Positions 32,973 through 42,983 of a stretch of 64,000 nucleotides of DNA are shown piece by piece (the first letter of the stretch is position 1; each line of letters begins with the position of its first letter). Both the position numbers and the translations under genes were made by a program. The notes beneath the pieces are model-generated. The model worked only from the letters and a program-made list of their open reading frames with translations. It had not been told where the DNA came from and did no database searches. This stretch comes from Longimicrobiales bacterium. GTDB taxonomy: Bacteria; Gemmatimonadota; Gemmatimonadetes; Longimicrobiales; Gaopeijiaceae. Location of the stretch: positions 18,304-82,303 of the forward strand of contig CBDCKN010000010.1 of NCBI GenBank assembly GCA_965218295.1, given 5' to 3'.

Positions 32973-33710
32973 ATGCTTGCCGACACCAGTATCCCGTTTC
33001 ATCCCGTGAGTGTGTGGGCGGACCGCTTTCCATGGGTGGTGGCCGGCATTACCCACGCGGGCTCCGAGAACGATCCCTTCGACCTCCGGCTCTTTGGGGA
33101 GTCTCCACACCCCCGGGCGGACGATCGTTGGCGAGCCGTTCTGGAGGCCACAGGCTTCGGCACGGTCGCCCACGCTCGTCAGGTCCACGAGACCAGGGTG
33201 GCCGTGCACGACGCTCTTCCGCGGGGGGTACACGTCGAGGGCGGTCCGGCGGACGGGCATGCCACATCCACGCCCGGGGTGCTGCTCGCGGTGACGGTGG
33301 CCGACTGCGTGCCGGTCTACCTCGTGGACCCGGAGCGGCGAGTCGTGGCTCTTCTTCACGCTGGGTGGAGGGGCACAGCGGGCGGCATCATGGCCGAGGG
33401 TGTCCGGACGCTCCACACACAGTTCGCCTCGGACGCTGCCCACCTACACGCGCATCTCGGCCCGGCCATCTGCGGGGCCTGCTACGAGGTCGGCCCGGAG
33501 GTCTGCGACGCCCTGGGGCTGCCAACGCGGTCCGGTCCAACGCCGGTGGACGTACGAGCCCTTCTGGTCTCGCGGGCCCGCTCACTGGGTGTCCAAGAGA
33601 GCCGCATCACGGTTTCGGAGCACTGCACTCTGTGTGGAACCGCCGGTTTGTTCTCACACCGGGCAGGGCGATCCGAGCGCCAGGCGGCGCTGCTGGGAAT
33701 TCGGCCGTGA
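32973..33710 (+). CDS. pgeF: PgeF/YfiH (purine nucleoside phosphorylase/polyphenol-oxidase-like) family
   Basis: QVHE, VTVADCVPV, HAGWRG, GPAICGACYEVG, FSHR. Confidence 0.9.
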   Translation: MLADTSIPFHPVSVWADRFPWVVAGITHAGSENDPFDLRLFGESPHPRADDRWRAVLEATGFGTVAHARQVHETRVAVHDALPRGVHVEGGPADGHATSTPGVLLAVTVADCVPVYLVDPERRVVALLHAGWRGTAGGIMAEGVRTLHTQFASDAAHLHAHLGPAICGACYEVGPEVCDALGLPTRSGPTPVDVRALLVSRARSLGVQESRITVSEHCTLCGTAGLFSHRAGRSERQAALLGIRP

Positions 33711-33901
33711 ACAGGGCGGTGGGACTCTGTGAGAAGTGCGCCTTCGTCCGACTGGTCGAGAACGAGCGGGCGTCTATCTTTTATCTTTGTGAGCGATCCT
33801 TCGAGGACTCGTGCTATCCCAAGTATCCACCGCTCCCCGTGCTCGCTTGCCCGGGCTTCGAGGTGGCGGCTAACGAACACGAGGGGGAGGTGGAAGAATG
33901 A
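33707..33901 (+). CDS. Small Cys-rich protein (64 aa), not called separately in the ORF track
   Basis: MNRAVGLCEKCAF…FYLCERS…YPKYPPLPVLACPGFE; GTGA overlap with pgeF and ATGA overlap with the next gene. Confidence 0.75.
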   Translation: MNRAVGLCEKCAFVRLVENERASIFYLCERSFEDSCYPKYPPLPVLACPGFEVAANEHEGEVEE

Positions 33902-34362
33902 GCGATCCGTTCTACGTCGCCCGGGCTGACGTTGGGAGGCTGTCTGGGGTCCATCGACGGGCTCTCCTGGAGGATGGCACCCAGATCGACTTCGGCGTGC
34001 ACGGACCGGTGAAGGCCCACTACGGATTGGACTCGGAGCCCAACCTGCCCCTGCCCGTGGACTATCTGGTGGCGTCGGCGGCCGGCTGACTACTCGGGAC
34101 TCTTATCGGCGCACTGGAAGTGCGCGGGGTCAAGTTACCGAGCGATCACATCCGCTCGAGTGCCGAGGGCTTCAACGAAATGCGGGACAAGATCCCGATC
34201 CTCACCAAGATCCATGTCCACCACACCATCCAGATTCCCGAAGGGACCCGGGAGATCGTGGACAAGGCGCTGGAGCGGCACGTGGACAAATGCCCGACTG
34301 CCCAGAGCCTGAAGGGTGCGGTGGAGATCACCTGGACTGCTGAGGTCGAGGAGGGTCAATAG
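33898..34362 (+). CDS. OsmC/Ohr-family selenoprotein (Sec at TGA 34087-34089), 154 aa
   Basis: Two in-frame ORFs joined by one TGA: PVDYLVASAAG-U-LLGTL…KCPTAQSL; hairpin directly downstream. Confidence 0.85.
34098..34131 (+). promoter_or_regulatory. Putative bacterial SECIS hairpin
   Basis: Upper stem gcgcact/agtgcgc with GGA loop 26 nt after UGA; lower stem gactc/gggtc. Confidence 0.75.
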
Positions 34363-34448
34363 GAACCCCGTGACCGGCGGCCGGGTTTGGGGTACACTGG
34401 AGCAACGAGATCCCGCTTCTCATCTCCTTCATCACCCGGACGAGCTGC

Positions 34449-36059
34449 ATGCCGGAAGTACTGGCCTACATCACCTTGATTCTCACGGCAGGTGTGCTCG
34501 CCCTGCTCCTTCCCTTCGCGCTGCACCGGGCGTATTTGCTGGTGCTCTCCAGACGGCGGCAGTCGGCCGTTCTGGACCCCTGGCCCGAGTCCGAGCTTCC
34601 TCGGGTTACAATCCAGCTGCCCGTCTACAACGAGCTCCACGTCATCGAACGGCTCGTGGATGCGGCGTGCGGGCAGGATTATCCCCGTGACCGCTTCGAC
34701 GTGCAGATCCTGGACGACTCCACCGACGGCACCGCCGGCATCGCGGAGGCGCTGGCCGAGGGGTGGCGAGCCAGGGGCGTTGCGGTGGAGCATATGTGCC
34801 GAGGGACGCGGGCCGGCTTCAAGGCTGGCGCCCTGGCCTACGGGACCGAGCGATCGCGAGGAGACTTCCTTCTCGTCCTCGACGCGGACTTCGTCGCACC
34901 GCCCGACCTGATCCGGAGGATCCTGCCCCCCTTCCGTGATCCGGGGGTCGGCATGGTGCAGGCCCGCTGGGACCATCTGAACTCGGACGAGAGCTGGTTG
35001 ACCAGGGGCCAGAGTCTCTTCCTCGACGGTCACTTCTTCTTCGAGCAGGGTGGTCGGTACAAGAGCGGGTGCTTCTTCAACTTCAACGGCACGGGCGGCA
35101 TGTGGCGACGCACCTGCATCCACGAGGCCGGGGGCTGGCGGGCCGACACGCTGACCGAGGATCTGGATCTCAGCTACAGGGCCCAGATGAAGGGGTGGCG
35201 CTTCGCCTTCCTGGAGGACGTCGGCGTTCCGGCCGAGATCCCGTCTACCGTCGGCGCCCTGGAGGTACAGCAGAGGCGTTGGGCCCAGGGAGGGATCCAG
35301 ACCGCGAAGAGGGTCCTCCCTGAGCTGCTCCGGGGACCATGGCCGCTGGGGGTGAAGTTGGAAGCGACCGTGCACCTCTGCGGACATTTAGCCCACCCCC
35401 TGACGCTGCTTCTGGGGCTACTGCTCCTCCCCTCCCAAATCGCCAGACGTGCGCTGGGGGTCGAGCACTATTTGCTGCCTGACCTCCTGGTGTTCACGGC
35501 AGCCACGGTGCCGTTCCTCGTGTTCTACTCCCAAGCAGCCGCCAAGCGGGGCCGGAACCGGAGCTGGAGCCTGCGGGCAGTGCCGCAGGCCTTGGCTCTG
35601 GGCATCGGGCTGACGGTGGCGGTTACCGGGTCCGTGATCCGGGGGCTCTTCCATGGAGGCGACGATCCGTTCGTGCGCACTCCCAAGAAGGGCGAGGCGA
35701 CCCAGGCTTCGTACCGGGCTCCGATCCCCGCCCGTGATCTGATTCTCAAGCTGTCCCTGGGTGTGGTCATGGTCGGCTACCTCGCCGGGGCCCTCGCGGC
35801 CGGGTTCTACGGGTCGGTACCGTTCATCGTGCTCTTCGGCTCCGGATACTTGGGCCTGGGACTGAAGGGGCTAGACGACCTCGGCCGCCTCCACCTCGGT
35901 CGCCTCCACGCCTCGCCCGGAGAGCCCCGTGGCATCGTAGGCAAGCAATCCGAAGACCGGCGCCCAGAGCAGCACGCGAGCCCACACGGGCTGCAGCCAG
36001 ACTCCCTGGGTGTGATACGTCTCGAGGCCCCAGTAGCCGAGGAATACGAGCCCGCTTAG
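34449..36059 (+). CDS. GT2 cellulose-synthase-like glycosyltransferase; 3' end uncertain
   Basis: QLPVYNE, LDDSTD, GFKAGAL, DAD, TED, QQRRW. Confidence 0.9.
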   Translation: MPEVLAYITLILTAGVLALLLPFALHRAYLLVLSRRRQSAVLDPWPESELPRVTIQLPVYNELHVIERLVDAACGQDYPRDRFDVQILDDSTDGTAGIAEALAEGWRARGVAVEHMCRGTRAGFKAGALAYGTERSRGDFLLVLDADFVAPPDLIRRILPPFRDPGVGMVQARWDHLNSDESWLTRGQSLFLDGHFFFEQGGRYKSGCFFNFNGTGGMWRRTCIHEAGGWRADTLTEDLDLSYRAQMKGWRFAFLEDVGVPAEIPSTVGALEVQQRRWAQGGIQTAKRVLPELLRGPWPLGVKLEATVHLCGHLAHPLTLLLGLLLLPSQIARRALGVEHYLLPDLLVFTAATVPFLVFYSQAAAKRGRNRSWSLRAVPQALALGIGLTVAVTGSVIRGLFHGGDDPFVRTPKKGEATQASYRAPIPARDLILKLSLGVVMVGYLAGALAAGFYGSVPFIVLFGSGYLGLGLKGLDDLGRLHLGRLHASPGEPRGIVGKQSEDRRPEQHASPHGLQPDSLGVIRLEAPVAEEYEPA

Positions 36060-37169
36060 GAGGATCCAGCCCCGGTTCCCGCGCAGGGCCGCGAACGGAA
36101 GGGCCCAGAGCACGTACCAGGGGTGGACGGTGGGGGAAAGGAGCAGGCCAGCTCCCAGGATCCAGAAAAGGGCTCTCTCGGCATCGTACGACCTCCAGGT
36201 CGTCCATCCGATGACCGCCAGGACGATCAGCCCCGCCGCCACACGGGGCGCCACGGGGCCGGGAATGATCCACTCCAAGACCGCGAAGGCCCCCTCCTGG
36301 AATCGCCAGTGCTCGGCGAACGTGGCCAGGCCCCCCCAGAGCGTCCGTCCGGCCGATAGGTACGGCAGATAGAGCACGGCGAGGGTGATACCGAATGCCA
36401 GCGCCATCCGCCATCCGTACCGTCTCCAAAGCGGAGGCAGAGCGGCGGCGGGCGCGAACTTGGCCACGGTTGCCAGGCCCAAGGCCATGCCCACGCGCGC
36501 CGGGTGAGCGCCGAAGTAGAGGAGAAGGGCGATGAACACGAGCCCCAAGGCCTCCAGGTGCCCGTTCCAGGCGGTCTCGATGATGAGCAATGGGGACCAC
36601 AGGTAGAGGGTCAGCACCCCCCGGGGGTCACGTCCCGACCGGCTAGCCACCCTTCCCAGGAGGAACGCGGTCACAAGATCCAGGCCCACCCACACCACCT
36701 TCAGGCCGAGGATCGTCCCTCCCAGCAGGGCGTTCAGCAGGAAGACGATCTGGGCCAGGGGTGGGTAGATGGTGGACACCGACGGACTGTTGATGTGTGC
36801 GTGCCAAGGGGTTCGGAACGGCTCCAGCGCTGGGTCGCCTGGAGCATGGAGGTACGGATTGACACCCTGGAGTTGGACGTGCCCGTCCCAGAGGTATCGG
36901 TAGAAGTCGTCCGTGAGCTCGGGGGGCACTGGAAGCAGGACCAGGCGGAAGACGAGGGCCCAAACCCAGATGATCATGAGCTCTGTACGGACGGAGTGTG
37001 GTGGGCCCCCCCGTCCGGTCGCGTATGCGGCAAGCCCGTACGCCAAGAAGGCGCCCCCCACGAGGCCGAGACCGGGCGAGGGGAAGCCTCGCCCGGGCCA
37101 CCATGCGGCGGTGGCCAGGAGGACGAGCTCGACGCCGCCCATGGCCGCGAGGAAACGGCCCGAGCCCAT
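35871..37169 (-). CDS. GT-C (GT87-like) polytopic membrane glycosyltransferase
   Basis: TDDFYRYLWDG, TIYPPLAQ, WSPL..E…GHLE, PTVHPWY. Confidence 0.8.
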   Translation of the reverse strand: MGSGRFLAAMGGVELVLLATAAWWPGRGFPSPGLGLVGGAFLAYGLAAYATGRGGPPHSVRTELMIIWVWALVFRLVLLPVPPELTDDFYRYLWDGHVQLQGVNPYLHAPGDPALEPFRTPWHAHINSPSVSTIYPPLAQIVFLLNALLGGTILGLKVVWVGLDLVTAFLLGRVASRSGRDPRGVLTLYLWSPLLIIETAWNGHLEALGLVFIALLLYFGAHPARVGMALGLATVAKFAPAAALPPLWRRYGWRMALAFGITLAVLYLPYLSAGRTLWGGLATFAEHWRFQEGAFAVLEWIIPGPVAPRVAAGLIVLAVIGWTTWRSYDAERALFWILGAGLLLSPTVHPWYVLWALPFAALRGNRGWILLSGLVFLGYWGLETYHTQGVWLQPVWARVLLWAPVFGLLAYDATGLSGRGVEATEVEAAEVV

Positions 37170-37243
37170 GAGGGGTTCCTTCTCCGGAGGCGTTATGTTC
37201 ACCGCCGACGCTTCATTGGCTCGCCACCGTACCCGGTCTCCCC

Positions 37244-37951
37244 GTGACCCACTCCGTTGCAGTGCTGATCCCCGCCCTGGATGAGGAGGAAACACTTCCG
37301 GGGCTCCTCTCCGACCTGCGGGACCGATCCGTGGGGCTGGTGGTGGTGGTGGACAACGGCTCCAGGGACCAGACCCCGGACGTGGCCGTGGAAGGAGGGG
37401 CGTACCTGGTGACCGAGCCCCAGCGGGGCTACGGAGCGGCGTGCCTGGCGGGCATCGACTTCCTGCGGTCCATGCCCAATCCACCTGCGGCCCTGGTATT
37501 CTTGGACGCCGATCACGGGGAAGGTCCGGGCCAGATCGAGATGCTCGTCGATCCGATCTTGCGAGGAGAGGCGGACCTAACGCTGGGCGTCAGACGTCGA
37601 GGGGGCGGAAAGGTCGGCACCGTATTCAGGCATGCGCGTCTCGGAAACCGCCTCGTCACCTCGATGATTCGTCTCCTCTTCGGTCGCACCTTTCGTGACC
37701 TGCCCCCGTTCAGGGCCATCGACTTCCGCAAGCTCATCGAGCTGGAGATGGACGATCGTAACTGGGGCTGGACGCTGCAGATGCAAATCCGGGCGGCTCG
37801 ACACGCGTTCCGTATCGTGGAGATCGAGGTCGCCCACGGAGCTCGATTCGCTGGAGAGTCCAAGATATCGGGCTCGGTGATGGGCACGGTGCGCGCCGGG
37901 AGCAAGATGCTCCTTACCCTTCTCACGGAGCGTCTGAGACGCCGCCCCTGA
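37244..37951 (+). CDS. GT2 polyprenol-phosphate glycosyltransferase-like
   Basis: IPALDEE, VDNGSRD, GYGAAC, FLDAD, GESKISG. Confidence 0.9.
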   Translation: MTHSVAVLIPALDEEETLPGLLSDLRDRSVGLVVVVDNGSRDQTPDVAVEGGAYLVTEPQRGYGAACLAGIDFLRSMPNPPAALVFLDADHGEGPGQIEMLVDPILRGEADLTLGVRRRGGGKVGTVFRHARLGNRLVTSMIRLLFGRTFRDLPPFRAIDFRKLIELEMDDRNWGWTLQMQIRAARHAFRIVEIEVAHGARFAGESKISGSVMGTVRAGSKMLLTLLTERLRRRP

Positions 37952-38768
37952 GAAAGCTCTGGACGATCTCCAGAGAGTCCTTCGGGAGCTCCTCGGGCGG
38001 TAGATGTCCGCATTCCTCCAATACCTCGAGGGTGGCCTGGGGTAGGGCGTCCGAGAGCCTCTCACCCACGGAGAGGGGCACCACGCGGTCGTGACGCCCC
38101 CAGAGGAGAAGCGTGGGGACGTCGATCTCGCGAAAACGGGCGGTGAACTCGTCGAGACCCGACGGGACGATGCCCAGTGCCGTTTTGATGAGGGCCAGGC
38201 GATGAGGTGCGCTTGTGAGCGGCTCGGCGTAGGCCTCCACCTGAGCTCCGCTGATGGCTAACGGATCGTGGACGATGGACCGGAGCACCCACCTGATGAG
38301 CCGCCGCTTCGGGACCACCGCGAACAACCAGCGAGTCGGTCGACCCCTGCGGGCCAGCTTAACGAAGGGGGGCAGACGCTGCGGGTAGGCGGCGCTGGAG
38401 ACGAGCACCAATCGTTGGAGCCGTCCCTGGTCCAGCAGTCGAAGGGCAACGAGCAACGCGATCCCCCCACCCATGGAGTGCCCGAAGAGCGTCAGCTCAC
38501 GCAGGTCCCTTTGGATGATGAAGCGGTGAATCAACTCGGCGTGGTCATGAGGAGAGTAGCGATCGTCCGGAGGAGCCGGCGCCGAGCCGTGCCCCTTGAG
38601 GTCCACCGCCCACACCTCGTGATGCTCCGCCAGAGCGGGAATCCAATGCCGCCAGGAGAAGGAGCTCGCTGCGTAGCCGTGCAGGAGCACGACAGGGCTG
38701 CCGCCGTCCCCGTAGCACTCCACGTGGAGGGGCAGCGCGTACGCTCCCGGCGTGGTCCAGGTGGTCAC
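37923..38768 (-). CDS. Alpha/beta hydrolase
   Basis: LLHGY, GHSMGG, WGRHD, GHLP. Confidence 0.92.
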   Translation of the reverse strand: MTTWTTPGAYALPLHVECYGDGGSPVVLLHGYAASSFSWRHWIPALAEHHEVWAVDLKGHGSAPAPPDDRYSPHDHAELIHRFIIQRDLRELTLFGHSMGGGIALLVALRLLDQGRLQRLVLVSSAAYPQRLPPFVKLARRGRPTRWLFAVVPKRRLIRWVLRSIVHDPLAISGAQVEAYAEPLTSAPHRLALIKTALGIVPSGLDEFTARFREIDVPTLLLWGRHDRVVPLSVGERLSDALPQATLEVLEECGHLPPEELPKDSLEIVQSFLRGGVSDAP

Positions 38769-41467
38769 TCCAGATCGATCCTTTGAGCACCGTGCTCCGC
38801 CAACTCGTCGGCCCACGGTGCGTGACAGGTCATGACGAACACCTGACGGGTCCGTGAGAGCTCGTGCAGGAGCTCGAAGCCCTGGGCGCGCCGGGAATCG
38901 TCCCAGTTCACGAAAGTCTCGTCGACGAAGGCGGGGAGACGCTCTCTACCTTCGTCCAGATGACTCATGACCGCTAACCGGATCGCCAGGTAGAGCTGTT
39001 GCTGGGCTCCCGTGGACAGGCTTGACGCCTCCACGGCCCCGCCGGTCCCGGGCCCACGCACGTAGAAGTCCCCGGTCTCCCCCACGGTGATGCGATCGTA
39101 CCTGCCGCTCGTGATGGTCTTCAGGTACTCCGAGGCCTTACACACAACGTCGGGCTGGTGCTCCTCGCGGAATCGGCGATCGGCTTCCCGGATGAGATGC
39201 GCCAACAGGAGCTTCCGGTCGTGCTCGGCCTTCAAGTGGGCGAGCTCGGCTTCGAAGGCCTCGATCTCCCCGTCGATCTGATCGGTCGTGATCTGCTCCT
39301 CGGCACGGCCGCACTCGTGCTCGAGCTCCTTCACACGCCCGGTGAGCTCCTCGATCCGGTCCGACTGCTCCTCGAGGGCGATGCGTGCAACCGCCAGCTC
39401 GTCGTCTCCTATGGGACGCCCGTCGGAGTTTCCGAGCTCGTCGAGTCGAGCCACGAGCTCGTCCAGATCGGGGTGGGAGCGCTTCAGGTCCTCGCGGATC
39501 TGCTCCGCACGCACGCGGGCTCGCCGTCTCCGCTCCGCCGCCTCCAATCCGGCGGCCACATCGTCGCCGCCCAGCCTTCGGAGGGCCTCTTCGAGGGAGC
39601 GCAGCTCGGCGGTGTGCGCGTCCAGCTCGCTCCGGAGGTCGTCTTGGGCTCGGTCCAGGCTCTCGAGCTCGCGCTGGGCGGACTTGGACGCCTCCTCCGC
39701 CCTCTCCACTTCCCGCAGCTTGCTCTCCAGCACGTGAACCGCCACCGAATCGTCCAGGGGAAGATCGATCCCGAGCTCCCGGCCGGCCGTCGCGAGGCGC
39801 TCGTGCACCTGGTCGAAGGCCTCCCTGGAGCGCTTGGCCTCGACGGTCCGGGCATCCAACTCGTCCAACAGCTCCTGAAGCCGCGCGACGGTGACGCTGA
39901 GCTCGGGCCCGGCCTCCTCGACAACGTCGTCACGAATCGGCAGATCAGCGAGGAGCTTGCGAAGCTCCCGGACGGCCGACTCCACGCCCTCGGCATCATC
40001 GGCCACGCCCTGGGAGGCGCCGCCATCTCCCACGGTAGCGAAGTCGGAGGGTCCGCCTCTCTCACCCCGTTCGAACGCCTCGTGCATGGTCCACCAGCGA
40101 GTGAGGTACATTGCGGAGACCAGGGCCAGGACTGCACCGATGACCCGCGGCCAGGCCTCCTCGCCCCCGGGAAGCAACAGAGCCGCGGCCGCCAGGCCGG
40201 ACGCGGCTCCGACCACCAGCGTACGGGCGGAGGGCCTCGGAGCGGCCTGGCGCAGCGTGGAGCGTACCTCGCGCTCACGCTGCCGGTCCCGGGCTCTGGC
40301 GGCGTCTCTGACCCGATCGTGGAGCTCCCTGGGCACGATGCGCCTGATGACCTTCTTCTCGCTTTCGGTGAGATCTCGCGCGAAGAGCCGGTTGAGCGAG
40401 GAGTCGGCGCGACGGCGGCGGTCCTGGATCTCGCGTTCGAGGGCACCGAGACGAGTACTAGCAGGCTTTAGGCCGGCCACCTCGACCACCAGATCTTCGA
40501 TGTCCGCTCGAGCCCCGAGCACGCGCTCCTCGGCCGATCCGAAGCGGGCGGCTCGCTCCCGGGGTGTCTCGGCCTCCTCACATGCGCGTTCGAGACGGCT
40601 CTGGAGCTTGGCCACTTCGGCTACGAGGCGGCCATGGGTGCCGACGGGGTCCGGGGGGATCCCGTCGAGCTTCTGGGTCGAGCCCGCCTCCTCGTCGAGC
40701 TCTGTCGCACGGTCGAGGAGCTTTCTCACAGGGAGGAGCGTGGTGGTGCGCTCGATCAGGAGTCGTTCCTGCTCGCGCAGGAGCTTGGCCTCCTTCAGCT
40801 CCTCCCGGGTCCGCTGCAGCTTCTTCATTGACCCTCTCAGAAGTCGATCCGTGTCCAGCGCTTGTCGCCGTCGCGTGGACGCGCGATGGATCCGGTCTCG
40901 CAGCTCACGGATCTCCTGCTTGCCCCGACGGTCGGGCCGCCAAAGCCCCCGGGCCTCGACCTCCAGAACCTCAGCTGCCGAGCGGGCCGGTACCAGATCC
41001 CGGGCCCCCATGGCGCCGATGAGCCGGTCCTGGATCTCTGACCAGGCCTCCGACTCCAGGGTGGCCACCTCGGCCAGGGTCAGGGCGAACACCTGATGGA
41101 AGACCTCGCGCGTGACGTGGGTCGCACAGGACAGGGTCTGGTTTCGCAGGGGCTCCTCGTGATCACCTCGGGTGAGGTGACCGGCGGGGGACGCTAGGAG
41201 GCGCCTGCGGACGCTCCACAACTCATCGTCGTCCGGGCGGAGGTCGGCCTCCACGTCCAGGTCACGGCCGCTCCACGGCGCATATGGATGCTGATCCCGG
41301 GAGGTGGGATAGAGCCCGTAGATGACCGAGCCGAGCATGTGGAAGAAGGTGGTCTTTCCGGACTCGTTCGGTCCCACGACCACCGTGAGGCTCGCGAGCG
41401 GCTCTTCGCCCGTGTCGAACTCTTCCAGGCGGCCGAACGCCCAGGCGCGTATGCGCTCGAACTTCAT
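38765..41467 (-). CDS. YhaN-like SMC/Rad50-type ATPase with coiled coil and central TM pair
   Basis: GPNESGKTT, LSTGAQQQLYLAIRLA, VDETFVNWD, TCH. Confidence 0.88.
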   Translation of the reverse strand: MKFERIRAWAFGRLEEFDTGEEPLASLTVVVGPNESGKTTFFHMLGSVIYGLYPTSRDQHPYAPWSGRDLDVEADLRPDDDELWSVRRRLLASPAGHLTRGDHEEPLRNQTLSCATHVTREVFHQVFALTLAEVATLESEAWSEIQDRLIGAMGARDLVPARSAAEVLEVEARGLWRPDRRGKQEIRELRDRIHRASTRRRQALDTDRLLRGSMKKLQRTREELKEAKLLREQERLLIERTTTLLPVRKLLDRATELDEEAGSTQKLDGIPPDPVGTHGRLVAEVAKLQSRLERACEEAETPRERAARFGSAEERVLGARADIEDLVVEVAGLKPASTRLGALEREIQDRRRRADSSLNRLFARDLTESEKKVIRRIVPRELHDRVRDAARARDRQREREVRSTLRQAAPRPSARTLVVGAASGLAAAALLLPGGEEAWPRVIGAVLALVSAMYLTRWWTMHEAFERGERGGPSDFATVGDGGASQGVADDAEGVESAVRELRKLLADLPIRDDVVEEAGPELSVTVARLQELLDELDARTVEAKRSREAFDQVHERLATAGRELGIDLPLDDSVAVHVLESKLREVERAEEASKSAQRELESLDRAQDDLRSELDAHTAELRSLEEALRRLGGDDVAAGLEAAERRRRARVRAEQIREDLKRSHPDLDELVARLDELGNSDGRPIGDDELAVARIALEEQSDRIEELTGRVKELEHECGRAEEQITTDQIDGEIEAFEAELAHLKAEHDRKLLLAHLIREADRRFREEHQPDVVCKASEYLKTITSGRYDRITVGETGDFYVRGPGTGGAVEASSLSTGAQQQLYLAIRLAVMSHLDEGRERLPAFVDETFVNWDDSRRAQGFELLHELSRTRQVFVMTCHAPWADELAEHGAQRIDLE

Positions 41468-42709
41468 CTCTGCTCGACCACGCTCTTGAGCATGCGTGAC
41501 AGGATCTCCTCTTCGCCTGCATGCAGGAGCTTCCTGACGTACTCGTCCATGTGATCCTGATCATCGAGGCCGATGAGCCGATCGCTGGGGAGATTCGGTC
41601 AAGGTGGTCTCGCCGGATCGGAGCGCGGCCACCAGTCGTAGGGCCTGGCCGAGCACGTCCTCTCGGACCGCGTGATCCTGGGCCCGGATCTCCGGATGGA
41701 CGCTGCCGATCTGGAGAGTCAGGTCCAGCACGCCGAGTCGATCAGCCAGCTCCTCCCGCAGGTGCTCCTGGTCCTCCTCCCGCGAGAGCTCCCTCCACAG
41801 CGGCGTGGCCCCGCTGAGGCGGACGCGTGCGATCCACCCCGATACGCCCGTGCCATCCGCCACCTCGTCCCACCGCGAAGCAACGGTGCGGACGAGGGCG
41901 TCGAGCGTGTCGGCGTCGGTGGGATCCTGAACCTCCACGTCCTCCCACCGGATGGGAGCCATCTCCTTGAATTCCACGCGTGGGGGCGCTCCCGGGGAGA
42001 GCTCCACGAGAAGGCACCCCTTGGCTCCGCGCTCGCCGTGCGTGCGTCCCTGGAGATTCCCGGGGTAGTGGATGCCCGGGTGCTCGCAGAGGCAGGAGCG
42101 CTTGTGGACATGGCCCAGCGCCCAGTAGTCGAAGCCCGAGCTGCTCAGGGTCTCGAGGTACGAGGGAGCGTACCGCTGATGATCCGCGGATCCTGGAGAG
42201 TCGACTACCTGGGAGTGGAGGACCGCCACCTCCGGGAGGCGTCCGTCGGGGGTCGGGAAGGCCTCCGACAGATCCACCGTCTCGGACGAGGTCTCATGCC
42301 CGGCGGCGGTCACCATCCCCAGGGTCTCCCCGTCGCAGCTCTCCACTGCGATGCGCACGGGGTCGCGGTCCCGCGCGACGGTGACGTTCCCGGGCCATGC
42401 CAGATCCGCGGATCGTTGCCCTTCACGCCCGGGATCATGGTTTCCTGTGGCGTACACTACGGGGATGCCCGCCTGGTCGAGGCGGTGGAGCTGCTCGAGG
42501 AGGAAGCGCTCGGTCTGGAAAGAAAGCCGTCCGTCGTCGAAGAGATCACCGGCCAAGAGGACGGCGTCCACCCGCTCATCGAGTGCCAGATCCACGAGCC
42601 GTCGAAATGCGACGCGCGACGCTTCTCGCAGACGCGTACGGACCGTGTCCGAGCGACTCGAGAATGCGGTGTCGAGGTGTACGTCGGCGGCGTGAATGAA
42701 GCGCATCAA
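41464..42709 (-). CDS. YhaO/SbcD/Mre11-like metallophosphoesterase, frameshift near 41595
   Basis: HAADVHLD, AGDLFD, GNHD, YWALGHVH, YPGNLQGR; shifted C-terminus (…RMLKSVVEQR*) ends in an ATGA overlap. Confidence 0.88.
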
Positions 42710-42983
42710 TTGCCTGGGATCCTCAACGCGTGGGCCGGCGTTCCAAAGCTAGGCGCAGCCGGTGGGCGGGGGCCAGGGCTGAAAGGGCGATCCTCGTCTG
42801 CTCCAGCATCCGGTTACGCTTCTTGCCTTCCGCTCCATGACTGCCGATATCCGGTGTCAGGACCAAGGCACTTCTTGAAGGGAGCAAAGGCCGTTTCTAT
42901 CTTTGACGATCACGGGCAGCGACTCATCTCTTACCCCTGACCGTCCCGACGCTAACGCGCTACAGGCTCTAGCTAACCTACCC

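Noticed and set aside
35871..36059. 189-bp convergent overlap between the GT2 and GT-C genes
   Set aside because: One fewer G in the run at 35867-35870 would stop the GT2 at the shared CTAG; the tail looks non-conserved, so an indel or stop loss is likely.
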